The translations under genes were made by a program, and so were the position numbers. The notes under the pieces were generated by a model. That model was given only the letters and a program-made list of their open reading frames with translations, ran no database searches and was not told the origin of the DNA. This document shows, one piece after another, positions 1-13,223 of a DNA stretch of 64,000 nucleotides. Each line of letters begins with the position of its first letter. The stretch's first letter is position 1. The stretch is from the human T2T-CHM13v2.0 reference genome, Homo sapiens: the NCBI RefSeq assembly GCF_009914755.1, contig NC_060944.1, one strand, 5' to 3'.

Positions 1-659
1 GGTGAATATCCCGAATGATGGCTAAGTCTTCATGATGCCACCAGACTTACAGATCATCCAGTAAGTCATTTTACTAACAACAATTTTGTAACTACTAAAC
101 TATTTAACCATGTGCCCTGTTTCTCATTTCTTCTCCAGTATGTGAGTGAGTATATACTTAGTTTGGCAAAAGATTTATTTCCCAGCTGGAAGTAAATCAG
201 GTCCATATTACACTCCAAAACCCAGTGTCATGTTGATTGTTTATGCCAATTTTGATCCAGGTGTTTCTCACTTGTTGATGTGGAGACAGTGGGAAAGTGC
301 ATGCTCCTTGTCACCATACAGAGCTGTAGTTGTAATTTTAGGGCTGCTTGCAATACTAGTGGTGAAAGTCAATAATTTTTGGATAAATATGATGACTGAG
401 TCCAAGAAAGCTTAACTATGTATGATGGGAGATATGGTAAGATGTTTACACCTCCCAGACCATGTGTGTGAACCACCATAAATAGTAAAAGGAGAAGTCA
501 CAAAGAAATAAGGATTTGATTTAACTGTGGTGGATGTTTGCTTTGTTTTGAGTCAGAGTCACTGTTGCTCTGAGATCTGTAACAGTTCAGTGAGTGTCCC
601 TCTCTTCCAACCTGCATCCCTTTACTTGAGTACTTTGTCTGGTGCTGACATCTGTTCTG

Positions 660-1001
660 TCCACAGGTGCTACAGGCTGAATGTCCTGAGGAATTAATGC
701 TTCTGGGAGCAGCCTTTGACCAGTCCCTGAGAGAATTAGCAGATAGGCACATGAGCTCGTTCGCCCCTTGGTTGAGATAAATCTGAGGCACATGCTTGAT
801 GCTGGCTCCTAGAGGTCCCCAGCAGGTTTAAGCTCTGCATGCCCATGGTGGAAACTGGCCTCATGGCATAACCTTCCCAGACTGCCTTCCTCTCTCACTT
901 CCCCAACCCCTGACTGCTGTTTCCTGGAATCGCTCCCAAAATAAACAGCTTGTGCTTGAATCTTCGATTTGGGTCTGCTTTTAGGGAACCCACACAAGAC
1001 A
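660..1001 (+). mobile_element. ERVL solo LTR, LTR16A-like
   Basis: The 3' end 'ctcacttcccc...gtttcctggaatcgctcccaaaataaacagcttgtgcttgaatc...gggtctgcttttagggaacccacacaagaca' matches the recalled LTR16 R/U5 end (AATAAA, terminal CA). The 5' boundary is approximate. Confidence 0.75.
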
Positions 1002-1659
1002 ATATGACTTGACTCACATTTCTCTCCAGCTTGGCCCTGAGTAGGATTAGTAACGACAGGCAGGGATACATCATGGACACCAGGCCATTGTCCAGTGCTT
1101 GCTCTCTATGAGTCTTTCGAGTTCCAGTTGGGTGAGCGTGACCCACTTCTGCAGCCCTTCCAACTCAGCACACACGCTGCCAGGAACAGAGAGCATCGGG
1201 GTAAACACGACATTTTCCTCATGCTCAGCAAGACAGGAAGTTTATTAAATCTGGTATAAATCTTTGTCTTTAAAGTGCCAGTTGGTGATTTATTCTCTCC
1301 TTCTGTTTAGATTTTTTAGAGCGTAGGTGCCAACCTCTGGAATCCAATCCAAAACCCCAAGCGAAGTCCTGTTGATAAATCAACAAAAGCCCTGTTTGCA
1401 CAACGCAAGCCAAATGCAAATCCCTCATCCTTGAGAGTGAGTCTAATGATCATTTTTCAGTGTTATAAAAGGTGCCATATCAATGCATCTTACTAATTCT
1501 CACCTTGGCTTCTAAGAAACCTCCTCTGGCTGCCTTCCTTCAAAGAAAATCCACAGATAAATAAAACCTCTCAAGGAACACCATAGGTGGTAAACACATC
1601 TGAGGGGAAAGAAAATTGCTTCAGGATGCAGTTAGCGGGCATATTCCCCACTATCTCTC

Positions 1660-1775
1660 CCTTGTATTTGGGCAGCCAGTTCAACCGTGTGTGCTTCTTC
1701 ATCTGCAAAAGGGTTTTAACATGGATCTGATGCAGGCTCTGAGAGCAATTTAAATAGCGTGGCTAAGACCTTGTT
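1660..1775 (+). mobile_element. MIR fragment
   Basis: 'ttgggcagccagttcaacc...cttcttcatctgcaaaaggg' resembles the MIR core and is highly diverged. Confidence 0.45.
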
Positions 1776-1867
1776 AACCTCTCCTTGTTATGAGCTGGGA
1801 CTCAGGCATGTGGCCGAATCCATATAACCCTCTATTTCCTTACCCTAGGATGGTTGAAAGGATTAAA

Positions 1868-2180
1868 TGCATTCACTTATTTGTTCCTTCACCCAAGAAA
1901 TATATATTTGGCACCTACTCTGTGCCAGAAACAGACTGGGCTTGGGATACCCAGGTGAACCAAACAGTTGTGGCCAAAGGAAAGAAGGTTAGTGGCAGTG
2001 AGGCAGTGAAAACAAAGAGACGAAGACAAAAAACTGAGGCTGACAACGTCGGCATGAGCCAAACCATACCAGGCCTCAAAGGAGCTTGGTGTTTGTGCTA
2101 AGAACTATTGGAAACCACTAAAGGGCATGAAGCAAGAGAATGAGTGGCATGAGAAGAAATTAGGAGGCAAGTGGAGAATG
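1868..2180 (-). mobile_element. L2 LINE 3' fragment
   Basis: 'cattcacttatttgttccttcacccaagaaatatatatttggcacctactctgtgccag' is the reverse complement of the L2 3' tail, followed by typical antisense L2 sequence. Confidence 0.7.
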
Positions 2181-2949
2181 GATGAGCTAAGTGCCAATAA
2201 CAAGGTCACCAGACCAGTGTCTGGCACAGCACAAATGTTCAACAAATAGAAGTTCTTGCCGCTCCCCTTGCACCCATCCCCTCAGAAGCCAGAGTTATTA
2301 TCCTGTCCTTAACCACCTCCTCTAAGGTAATATTACCTAGTAACTGTTAAGCTATTACCTGCCTCCATGATCCAATTATCCACTTGGGGGCAAAGATCAT
2401 TTCTTCTTTGGGAGGAGGAAATTGGAAATTAAGTTTTATGATCTAAGGTAGAAAAGGCTTCTGTTTGACAAGAATCATTGTAAAATTATTGCACATTTCA
2501 TATCAACGTGTGTAGCTAACTACTATACAAAAGAGGTTATGGGATTCTAGAAATGATATTTATGATCAAAGGCAGCTCAAATGGTTGGGCAAACGTGAAA
2601 GAGATATACACAGATATAATATAATCATGTGCCCTTAAAAACAAGTTGGCAGGTTGGCTCAGTCGATTTTTGGTAAATAGAGTAAGTATTTAAAATAACA
2701 AGGGCAGCTAATTAGGTATATATCCTATTCATGAAAATTTGCTATTATGTAAGACCTATGAGTTGTTGATCATAAGACTTTATTTTGAAAAACGTTGGAA
2801 TATATATGTTTATAAAGATAAATGCATCTAAACGATTGTGTCTGGACAATGAGATTTCTTTTGTGCTGTTTAAAATATACAAAAGATGGACAGAGACAGA
2901 CACAGAACTATGTCGCCATCAAAGAGTTTCAAAGAAACCAATGACTAGG

Positions 2950-3520
2950 TGTTAGTTAGATGCTTTCAAAAAACTAAAATCTAAGAACCACCAGATGGGT
3001 TTATTTTGCTACATTTAGATAAAGACAAACAAAGAAGTGACAAACCCATTACTGGATATAGATTTAATAATCTATCAAGAAGAGTGATTTTTAAATTGGA
3101 AATTTGAAGGAGAGATTCAAAAATCCAGAATTGGTGAAGGGCTAAGAAATTGTCCAACTTTACAATGGAAATGGAAAGATCTGGCAGATGAAATCTTAGG
3201 GTTTTACTTGATAAGTAAAAAGAGAAACCAATCATGAGAATTGTCAGAAGGCTAGGGAGAAGCAAATGTTGCCATATCGTTCAAAGAATTATTAGGCTAC
3301 ATTCTGGAAATGATGAGAAAATTTGTAGTTGATCCCTAAGAAAATTCAAGAATAAAATTTCAATCATATGACTTCAGAGCTCTTAGAAAGGAATGAGCAT
3401 CAGGAGTCAAAATAAGTTCACAACAAACAAACCCTTCCACATAGTTGTTGATGTTGGTTTTCATTGTGTTACCAAAGAGGGGGGATCAGGATCAGGCAAT
3501 AGATCCACTGGGTATATTTC
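2950..3520 (+). mobile_element. CR1/L3 LINE relic (RT region)
   Basis: 'catcaggagtcaaaataagttcacaacaaacaaaccc...tgttaccaaagag...gatcaggcaatag' and 'agaagcaaatgttgccatatcgttcaaag' resemble the recalled L3/CR1 RT nucleotide consensus (QHGF..K.SC.TNL and W..ANV.PIFK regions). Confidence 0.6.
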
Positions 3521-5036
3521 TGGGAAACATGGACAACAACCAGGAAAAAGAGAATTGTTCCAGGTACCTCTAAATCAGAAACGTTTATTGCCAAAGTAAA
3601 ATGAAGATGAATTCCTCGCTGTGTTCAGTCATGTTTGGTAATCCATCTGCTTTATATTCAGGTTTTTATTCTGGGTTTTCTTTGAGCATGGGTGGACAAA
3701 TCTATGTATAAAGCATTTCCTGCAAATTAGGCCATGCACAGTAAAAAGTTAACTTGTGACTTTCTAGACAAATGCCATTTCATATCATTACTCCTATTGA
3801 TATTTATGCTATCCTTTCTAGCATATGAACAATAAGTTACTATCATTTTCTAGACAAATTAAAGCTTTAGTGACTTGTAGAAAAGCGATTGGGTTTGGAA
3901 TTCGCTAAGCGATAATCATTCCATCGCCCTAGACTAGTAATGCTGGGCGAATGAAGTTAAAACTCCATGATGAACATGGAGAAAAGCACCCATCCTTTTG
4001 GAAGAGTTTTAGCTTGGCAAGGAAACTGGCAAGTTTTGCTTTAATGTAGATAGTGGTACCTGCATTCTCAACCAGAGCTCCATTCCAACATGGCCCCGGA
4101 GAAGCTCTGTACAGCGGAGCCCTCACATCATCTGCACTATATGTACACTTGGTCAGGCTGTGTAAACTTTGACATGTGGGTGTCAATCTTTCTCATATTT
4201 GCAGATGGCTTTATCAGAGCGTGATTAGTTTCCAGAACAAATTTGAGCAAAAGAAAACATTACCTACAGTATGTAAGCCAACAGACCAGCTAGTTTTCAG
4301 ATTTGTCTATTTACATGGGCACTAGATGTTTTGCTAAGGCTCTCTAACACTGATGGTAATTGAACAGTGCCAGTGTGTTAGTGGAAGCTGATGAGTTGTA
4401 AAGGTTTTATAAACAACTAGGGTGGATTTGGCCACAGCCTTTCTAGTAATGTTTGTTAATCTCCCTGAGCAAGTGTGCACCTAACACAATGTAAATACTC
4501 CAGAATTTGGAGGTGTCAATAGTGTAACTTTTACTGTTTGTAAAATCATTCTTTGATATCATCAGTAAGTTTACTGAATGTCCCATGGCCAAATATAATA
4601 AAACCTTAAGTAAGCGCTTACAGAGAAATAAGGGAAAACATGTGTTTTATTTTTACCCCGCTGCATGTTTGTTAAAGGATCACCGTAGACTGATAAATAG
4701 AGTCATGACTGTGCCTGTGTGTAGATTTCCATCTGGATTTCAGTTAAGGCTAGTTTTACTCTATGCTGAGGAGGAAAAGTATCTTTACAATTATTAGATG
4801 GCTAGTTTACCTATTTCACTGAGAAAGACTTACCTTAGAACTTTCAGGGAAAATCTTTACTGATCTCAAATTATCAGCAAATTCAAAATTTCTTTAAGAT
4901 TAATTTCAAGTAGAATTGAGGGTGTGGGTGTAGCTGGTAAAATCTGTGTTCAGAAATTCTTGTGCACACACCTGTTTTTGGGTGTGGCTGTGCTTTCCAA
5001 TGATGTCAAATCCCATTATTCCTCAGCTCCCTTGTT

Positions 5037-5052
5037 AACCGCTAGAGGGCGG
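5037..5052 (+). promoter_or_regulatory. Candidate CTCF site
   Basis: CCGCTAGAGGGCGG (5039-5052) is close to the CTCF core CCASYAGRKGGCRS, with CpGs retained. Confidence 0.55.
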
Positions 5053-5249
5053 ATCCATTTCCAAGGGTTTCCTGGGCAAGAGGGAAAATCCTTCTGAACA
5101 TCAAAAGAAAAATAGTTAAAAGTTTTCTGTTTTTTTTCTCTTTTTCCCTTTTTTTTTCTGTGAAGAGTCTCATCCCCACCCACCCCCTGCATTGTTGATG
5201 TCTGTGAAAACTTTGGGAATATGCAGTGTCCTAGTGCATCTGATAAGAC

Positions 5250-6070
5250 TACAGCCCCGGAGGTTAACAAGCAGCCCCTCTGGCTGCAGTATTGATGCAG
5301 AGGAAATGAAATGGCGGTGACATTTTAAAGAGGAATTTGTGAACCACAGATATGAGCATGGCTAGCGCAGCATAGTGGCACATAAAATCAATACAAATAA
5401 CCCGAACCTTAATACCTTGATCCAGGGAAGAGACTAGCTTTATCAGACGCCAGGCGGGGAGCGGCCGGTGGGCCACCTGCGCTGGGTGTGCTATTGACCT
5501 ACTCTGGAGAGGCGTTAAGCCAACCACAATTAGGAGGATTTCTTTTTTAGAGATGCCTTTTGCTAGAGAGAATTTTCTGGGGAAATGTGTGTCATAATAA
5601 AAATAATCTTTGAAACACCTCCTTGCAGCAAACTTGATCATACCACATTGTCATTGTCAAAACTAAGACACTATATTTTTTCTCCAAATTTTACAAATTG
5701 TCTCTGCTTTATATACACACACACACATACACACACACACATATGTATCTGTGAAAATCGTCTGAAGATGTACTGCCTTCCCCTTCTATAGTTTCTAAAG
5801 GCTGAGAATAAAACTTCTATTTTGTGAGATTACAATTACTGCTCTTACTGTTCACTGCAAGAGGAAAAAGTCATTTTCTCTTCTTTGTAGCATGAAATTC
5901 TTATTGTGCATAACTAAGTTTATGCAGCTAGCTAAAAAATCAATGGGAGCTAAGACCTGGCATTATAAAAGGGTGGGACTCTATTGATTGCAATATTAAA
6001 TTTTCCCTCTTTGCATAATTTCATTTAAAAAACAGGCTGAAAAAACCTGTGATCAATTTAATTTGGAAAA
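5250..6070. promoter_or_regulatory. Candidate enhancer block (ONECUT/CUX-type ATCAAT cluster, CpG patch)
   Basis: No interspersed repeat recognised. TATTGAT at 5290, AAAATCAATA at 5384, AAAATCAAT at ~5936, TATTGATT at 5982, and a CpG-rich patch at 5447-5485. Confidence 0.4.
5711..5742. repeat. (CA)n microsatellite, interrupted
   Basis: atatacacacacacacatacacacacacacat. Confidence 0.9.
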
Positions 6071-8429
6071 TGTATTTTTGAAGAATATCCTTTCTGTTTT
6101 TTGTTTTACTTCTTCTTGAGATGTTATGACAAAGAGCGACTTCATTTTTCAAAACTATGAAAACCCTTAAGCACAGGTAACACTGTTTTAGATTTTATAA
6201 GATATGTGGGGTAAACTCAGGAAATAGAGGTTGGGGGGAGGCACAATCTTTCCCATGCACATCTTTTTGGCAATTTTCCTTATGTGTAGCTCTTGTCAGG
6301 TTTTATTTGCAAAGAATTAGAAGGCCATGCAAACACAAGACCTATCAGAGTGTAGATTACTCCTGATGTTGGAGTGGAAAACCAAGTATCCTCTGAAATC
6401 AATCTCCTGTTTCCAGATAGATGTATGAGTAACCAAGTGTCCCCCTTGAATAAGAAGCACAGATTTGGCTGAACAGAAATAGGGCAATCTTTCAATAGTG
6501 GGAGACTAACTCTCACAAAACAGAAAAAATAGAAAGAATTTATTTTCTTTGTCATATTCAATGCTTGAATGGAAAGCAAGTACCTGCCTTCTCTAGGTCT
6601 GTGTGAAGAAGAGGACAAGATGGTGGATTTCTTTCCATTATTAATGATTGACTTTTCAAAAGAGTTACTTCTGTCTTTTAATTCTGTAGGATGCGGGTGT
6701 CTGTGCACAAGAGGTGTTTGTTGTGTAGCACTTTGTCTCGATGAACTGTGATGTCATGGAAAACCCAACAGCCTCTCCTGGTCCACACACAGGAGTGTGG
6801 CTTGGTCTTAGGGCCAAACACATCCCAGTCTTGGCCTGAATTTCGGTTTCTCCCTGCCCTCACCTGCCTTGGACAAGCCAGGTGCACGAGTCCTAATGCT
6901 GAAAGCTCTCAGGAGACAAAACCCCTCCGTTCCGAAAACTTCCAAGTCCTGTGCAAATGCACGTATGAACCCAGGGCTTGAGAAGGTGAAAGCCACAGTG
7001 GCATGGAATTGCATGTGTGAGTGTGTGTACAGAGTAACTCTGTTTGTTTGTAGGTCCTTAGTAGAAGGGTGTCGAATGTTGACTTTTTGAGGCTAATATT
7101 GTTTGAATTTTCTATCCTGACTCTAAGCCACCTTACAGAGGGCTCTTTTTCCCATGCTGTTTGTACACTCATTACCTTTTAAAATGTCTTGAAGTAGTAA
7201 ACAGTTCAACAGTTCTCCCTTCCATCCACCCATTGTCAAGAATAATGGGGGCCAGACTGCCAAGTGCAGCGTTAGATGTTGTCGCCTGCTGCTGGCCCTG
7301 GCCATAAATATTTGGAGCTTTGGGGCAATCATTCGTACACACTATGCAGTTCAACAAATCCTTCATGAAAACCCAGTCGGTTACCCTGAGAAAAATGTGT
7401 GGCCCAAGACATATTTATCGGGGTGGATTTCTAGTAATGTGATTGACACAAGGCTCTTGTTTTTTTGGTTGATAATTTGTTGTAAAGGAAGTAAGAGATG
7501 GTGTAACATACAGGCTTTCTCTGCATGTGTGTGAATGTGTATTTGCATGGGTGTTTCCTTTCACTTGAATTGAACTCCTAAAGACCACACTGTATTTTTC
7601 CTTAGTTTGAGCAACAGAGAGAGGGTTGTGACTTTCTTCTCAGGGTAGAAAGAAAATCATTTAATTTTAGCCACTTTATTCCTGGTCTTTGTGTATGAAG
7701 AAATGAATCCACATCTCTATTCCTTTGGCTTAGGACAGGGCACGGGGAGGTGGGGTATGCTTGGAAAAGGCCAGGGAACAGGGGGCGTATCCATCTGACT
7801 CCTTGACATTCTTCCAGGGAGAATCCTCCTTTGTTCCTTCAGGCAAGTGAGTTAGAGAAGGCTTGTAATTACTACATTGTCACGTTAAATTAAAAGCAAT
7901 GCCCTCCTGGTGGCCTGTCAGCTTAAGAGGCATCCCTCTCTTTCAGGGCTCTGATGTGGCTCCTGCCAGGCCCTTATTGTGCTGGTGAAAAGGCCAAGTG
8001 AGTCTCAGCCTATTCCCATCCAGAGACATTCTGGAATAGGATCCTGGTACATTTCTGCCTTAGGGTTGTGTGTGAGTCTGTGTGTGTATTTTAAGTTTGA
8101 AAGCAGACTGGCTTGGCTCTTATACAATCTCTACTCTGAAGTACATCTGGCAAAGACACCGTGGCTCTTTGGAGGCTGTTGATTCCACGGTGAATAGAAC
8201 AGGGCCAGCATGCCCCGGGATGAGGCATGTCAAAGGAGCATCCAACCGCAGTCTCCAGGAGGAAGGTAGGAGCCAATGCCATCACTAGGGACCCAATGCC
8301 TTCTTTGAAAATTACCTTCCTTGTGGACTAACGTGTTTTCAGGAGAAAACCATTGCATTATAACTAAAGGCTGCATAGAGACCTTGTCAGCCTCAGCCTG
8401 AGATGACAGTATTCAGAGCATATCCTTAC

Positions 8430-8640
8430 CTGGACAAGGACTTTGGGGTTCAGAACCTAGTTTTGAAAGAACTAACCTCAAATTCCCATCTTCAAATGTC
8501 TCTGAGCAAGAACTTGGACAAGTCGCTTGGGCCCCGTGAATCTCCTTGCAACCTACCAGAGACTATTTTCTATGTTATCTGTTGCAGCGACTGTCAATGA
8601 GCTTATATGAGTGAAGCGAATTCTAAATTGCCAAGTAAAT
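8430..8640 (+). mobile_element. MIR fragment
   Basis: 'ggactttggggttcagaacctag...aacttggacaagtcgctt...aatgagcttatatgagtgaagc' follows the MIR layout and is highly diverged. Confidence 0.45.
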
Positions 8641-8959
8641 AAAGATTTGGTATTTAGGAAAGAGAACAGGCTATCTAGTGTGTTACCTGTGTTTGGAAGG
8701 AGTTAAAAGGAAAATGCTTGATCAAGGCAAGAAACAAGGTTAAAAGTACTCAAGGCTTTTTTCCCAGAAGTTTTATCGAGTCTCATTAGGGAGTCTAACA
8801 TAGAAGGGTCTCCCTCTAAGCAGACTAAACTGCTGGCATTTACTGCAGGTTATAAATAGAGAAGCAAATCTCTAAAACTAGTTTAGGGTCATGGAAAGGA
8901 CTACTTTCAATCAATTCCTCATAAATAATATTAGGAACATAATTTCTAATAAGTTACTC

Positions 8960-9290
8960 TTGCACATTGGTTTCTCTGAGAAACAGACACTGAGATAGAA
9001 TTGGGAGTGCAGAGTTTATTGGGGGATAACAGTGTTAAAGCAAAAGGGAGGAAGGAAAAAGTTGGAAGGGTCATTGGACCACAGTGCAGACCTGGCAAAG
9101 TCTGTGTCCACCACAATGGGAGCTCAGAGAAAAGGCGACCCCTTGGAAGAACCCCTCACTGGGCAGAAGTTGCGAGGATCTTGTACCACTGCTGTGCTCT
9201 GGCACTGGCCAGGGGCTGCCCTGTAAGAGCTCACAAGCTGAGATGTGTCTGGAGGCTGTGGGCTCATCTGAATCCTTGCAGCTGAACAGG
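8960..9290 (-). mobile_element. ERVL solo LTR, LTR33/LTR16-like
   Basis: 'ttggtttctctgagaaacagacactgagatagaattgggagtgcagagtttattggggg' is the reverse complement of the LTR33-type 3' end, including the polyA signal. Confidence 0.7.
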
Positions 9291-10001
9291 GAACCCTCCC
9301 TTGAAGAGGAATTTGTCATACTGACAAACACTCCCCTCCTCATCCTCATCCCTTCCACCAATATTCAGAATGTTACCAGCAGAGACTCACCGAGATCAAC
9401 ACACTCTGTTGATCAATCCTGCTTAGGACTTGATCCACTATTACATTTTCACTGTAGGACGTGTAAAATGTACACAATAAAATATTTGTTAATAATCAGA
9501 TCAGATGAATCTGGTAAACTCTTAAAAATTGTCATGATTCTTTCTTATGACATGAAAATTGTATAGTTGTAGAATGCAGAGTTTCCTTTGTGCACTGGCT
9601 GCCAGAAGTCTGAAAACTATGGGGAATTTTAGCCTGGGCTTTTGATAAGTATGATCCATGATGTCCTTTCTCTGCATGATTCTCAAACTCTTATTTAAAC
9701 CTTTTATTTCTTATACTTTATGTTTAGTCTCCATAAATGCTTTTTGGAAATATAGAGAGATAAAATATAGACATGGATATGGATCTCTATTATTCCAGGA
9801 ATCAGCCAGGGAATTGTGTTTCCACTTGAGCACCCATTCTGGCTCAGTCAGTTCTGCCTTTTGTTTTGCTTTTCCTGGTCCCCCCACTCCCTTACATAGC
9901 CTTTGTCAGGTGGTGTCTGCCTCCACATCCTCATCTTTATACCAACTCACTCTATGAAGCTTAATTCAAGTTGTGGGTCTATCAAAACACACAGAAAAAA
10001 T

Positions 10002-10416
<415 letters not shown>

Positions 10417-10429
10417 TCACCACGCCCAA

Positions 10430-10555
10430 GCAATCCCGCAGGTAAGTCACAGAACTGCTCTGAATGCGAGTTTCTCATCTGTGGATTCGAGCTGAGCTTC
10501 CCTTCCTCTCGGTGTGGCTCTGAATGAAGCAGGAGCATGTGCAGAGCACTGTGTA
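10430..10555 (+). mobile_element. MIR fragment
   Basis: 'aggtaagtcacagaactgctctgaatgcgagtttctcatctgt' resembles the MIR core 'ggcaagtcacttaacctctctgagcctcagtttcctcatctgt'. Confidence 0.55.
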
Positions 10556-10919
10556 CCTGGGTGACCCTTCATGCCTCACGTCCCATCTTGAGACATCCAC
10601 AGTAACTGTGGGCCACATGACAGTATAAAGCACCTATCCAAAGTCTCCTGGGTGTTTCTAGAGGTCAGGCACAGGTAAGTGTTGTTTTCTATCTATGAGC
10701 TTCTTGTAAGATGACCAATGAGGTTTTTCCCCACATTTCCTGCATCTCCATTAGTCCTGGCAGTGCTATTAAGCGTCTAATAAGTTACTGCTTTTAATGA
10801 TGACTAAACTCCAAAGGGGTTGTCATTTTATCACAATCTTTGGGTGGAGTAGAGGGGAAGGCATGCTGCTCCTAGTCCTCATGAGTCCACCCCACTTAGC
10901 TGTTTTAAAGAAAACAAAA

Positions 10920-11228
10920 GGCCAGGCACAGTGGTTCTCGCCTGTAATCCTGGCACTTTGGTAGGCTGAGACGGGAGGATTACTTGCTGACAGGAGTTTG
11001 AGACCAGCCTGCACAGTGGAGCGAGACCCTGTCTCTACAAAAGATAAAAGTAAAAAAATTAGCCAGGTGTGGTGGCGCACACCTGTGATCCCAGCTATTC
11101 AGGAGGCTGAGGCAAGAGGATCCCTTGAGCCCACGATCTCAAGGCTGCAGTGATCTCACAACTGCACTCCAGCCTGGGCAACAGCATGAGACTCTGTCTT
11201 AAAAAACAAATAAATAAATAAATAATAA
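10920..11228 (+). mobile_element. Alu (AluJ-type)
   Basis: Dimer with 'gggaggattacttg...gagaccctgtctctacaaaa' and 'aggctgcagtga', plus a (TAAA)n tail. Confidence 0.95.
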
Positions 11229-12884
11229 AGAAAAAACAGAATTAGCAGATGTCAATGTTATCTCTTGCTTTTTTTTTTTTTTTAATTTGCTTAACCTGCA
11301 GACCAATACTTTGGCAGTCTCAGTGTTTCTCAGGATGGCACAAAACCCCACATAAAATACACAGAGCAGCCACTTGCTGAGCCCACAGCCTGAGGCAAAC
11401 AGGGTTGCCCTGACCTGCACTTCCAGCCTTAGGCCACTTCTGGGGTTCTGTTGGGGTGGGCAGGACAGACATGCAGGTGGAGGGAAGGAGCCATGGTAAG
11501 GTAAATCCCAGGGCTTGGATAATGTGGGCTTCTCAGCAAATCAACCATGTCACATGACACAGGTAGTAATGATATTTGATTAAGCATAGGAAGTATGGTG
11601 AGTGTAGCTCATTTTTGATATTCTGATGTCATTATTTCAAGTATTAGTTGTGATTTTATGGGTCCTAAGAATTTAACAACAACAAAAAGCAAGCTTTGGC
11701 AAAAGTGTTGTGCCATATTTTACACTAACTTTTCAACAAATAACACATACTATATTGCTCTTCACCTCTTAAAAGCAAAATTAAAACCAGTATAGCCTGG
11801 CTGTTTGAGGACCCTTCTTTTCCATGCAACTTAATGTCCCTGGAGCTAGGTGACTGGGAAGCATTCCCTGTCCTCTTTTCATGGCAGAGATGATAGAGGA
11901 GTGCAAGATAGTGTACTGGCTCCCTACCCACCAGAGAGAGACTCAGCCATCTGTACTACTAGCTTCGCTGAGTGGCAAACACCTGAACTGGAGGACTTGC
12001 TTCTAAAGAGGAAATGCTCACCTTTATATTCAGCAAATAGGTATGCATACCTCAAGAGGCCTTGCCGGAAGATTTCATCACAATTTGTGGATGGTAACAA
12101 AGAGAAATCCCCAACTCACTGGCCCTCACTTTTCCCTCTACCCTCCCTGCATCCTTCTGACCCAGCCAAAACATTTCCTCTGAAAAGTTACATGCCTGTT
12201 CCAAAGACAGATCCTGTTGCTCCTTGAAGTATTCCAAGCCAGGCTTGCACCCCAGGGAGTGACAAACAGACCCACTGGGGCATGGGAAGAAAATATTAAA
12301 TCCTAAATTTATAAGTATTTTTATCTCACTATGTAAAAAATAACGTTTGTGTGTTTCATAATATTCATGATATAATAATATACTTGTATGTATAAAATAA
12401 ATACATGTACCTATGTTACGGTACATGCTCCTCTTGAAACTTATATAGAGTACTTAACAAAAACCACTGGAGATAACCACCTTGCAGAAGACCTCCTCCA
12501 GATACAAATTTCCATTACTCACTCACGCACATACTCAGGTATTCTGAAATTTGAACTTTGGAAAGAGGCAAATAGTACTGCTGCTCTGCAAAGTACAAGG
12601 TAATCTGAAATTGCCAGCTTGATGTAATCAAGGCTGACTTTCACTTGGCTTTGTGTGCATTTGAGTTTCTCCCTACTTCTGCTTTACCTGCACAAATAAC
12701 ACCAGTCTGGATGCAATAGGGATATTGGCTTCACTATCAAGGAATGTGTCTCACTTTTAATTGAATATCTTATTCTGGAATGTACACCATATGCTCTGTT
12801 GCCTACCAGCTGAACTGAAGAAATCACAACAAAATCTAATGTCAATTGTCTTATAGCCTCTTGAGCACAGGTCAAATCACATTA

Positions 12885-13223
12885 CAATTGGTCCTCCACA
12901 TTTAGGGGTTCTGCAACCACGGATTCAACTAATCTCCAATCAAAAGTATTCACCATCCCCCATAAAAGTTAATTGCAGCTCTACTGAATATGTACGGACT
13001 TCTTTCTTATCATTATTGCCTAAACAATACAACTATTTAAATACCATTTACATTGTATTAGATATTATAAATAAGCTAGAAATAATTTAAAGTATACAGG
13101 AGGATGGACATAGGTTATATGCAAATACTATGTCATTTTCTATCAGGGGCTTGAGCATCTATGAATTTTTGTGTCCAAGGTGGGTCCTAGAACCAATGCC
13201 CCGTGGATACCGAGGGACGAATG
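12885..13223 (-). mobile_element. MER2-like TcMar-Tigger MITE
   Basis: Degenerate TIRs (caattggtcctccac... / ...ggataccgagggacgaatg) are flanked by TA at 12883-84 and 13224-25. The interior matches the recalled MER2 reverse complement ('gtatacaggaggatg...ggttatatgcaaatact'). Confidence 0.85.

Noticed and set aside
1-650. Possible ERVL internal sequence upstream of the LTR16-like LTR
   Set aside because: I could not recognise gag/pol motifs or a clear polypurine tract. A Dfam search is needed.
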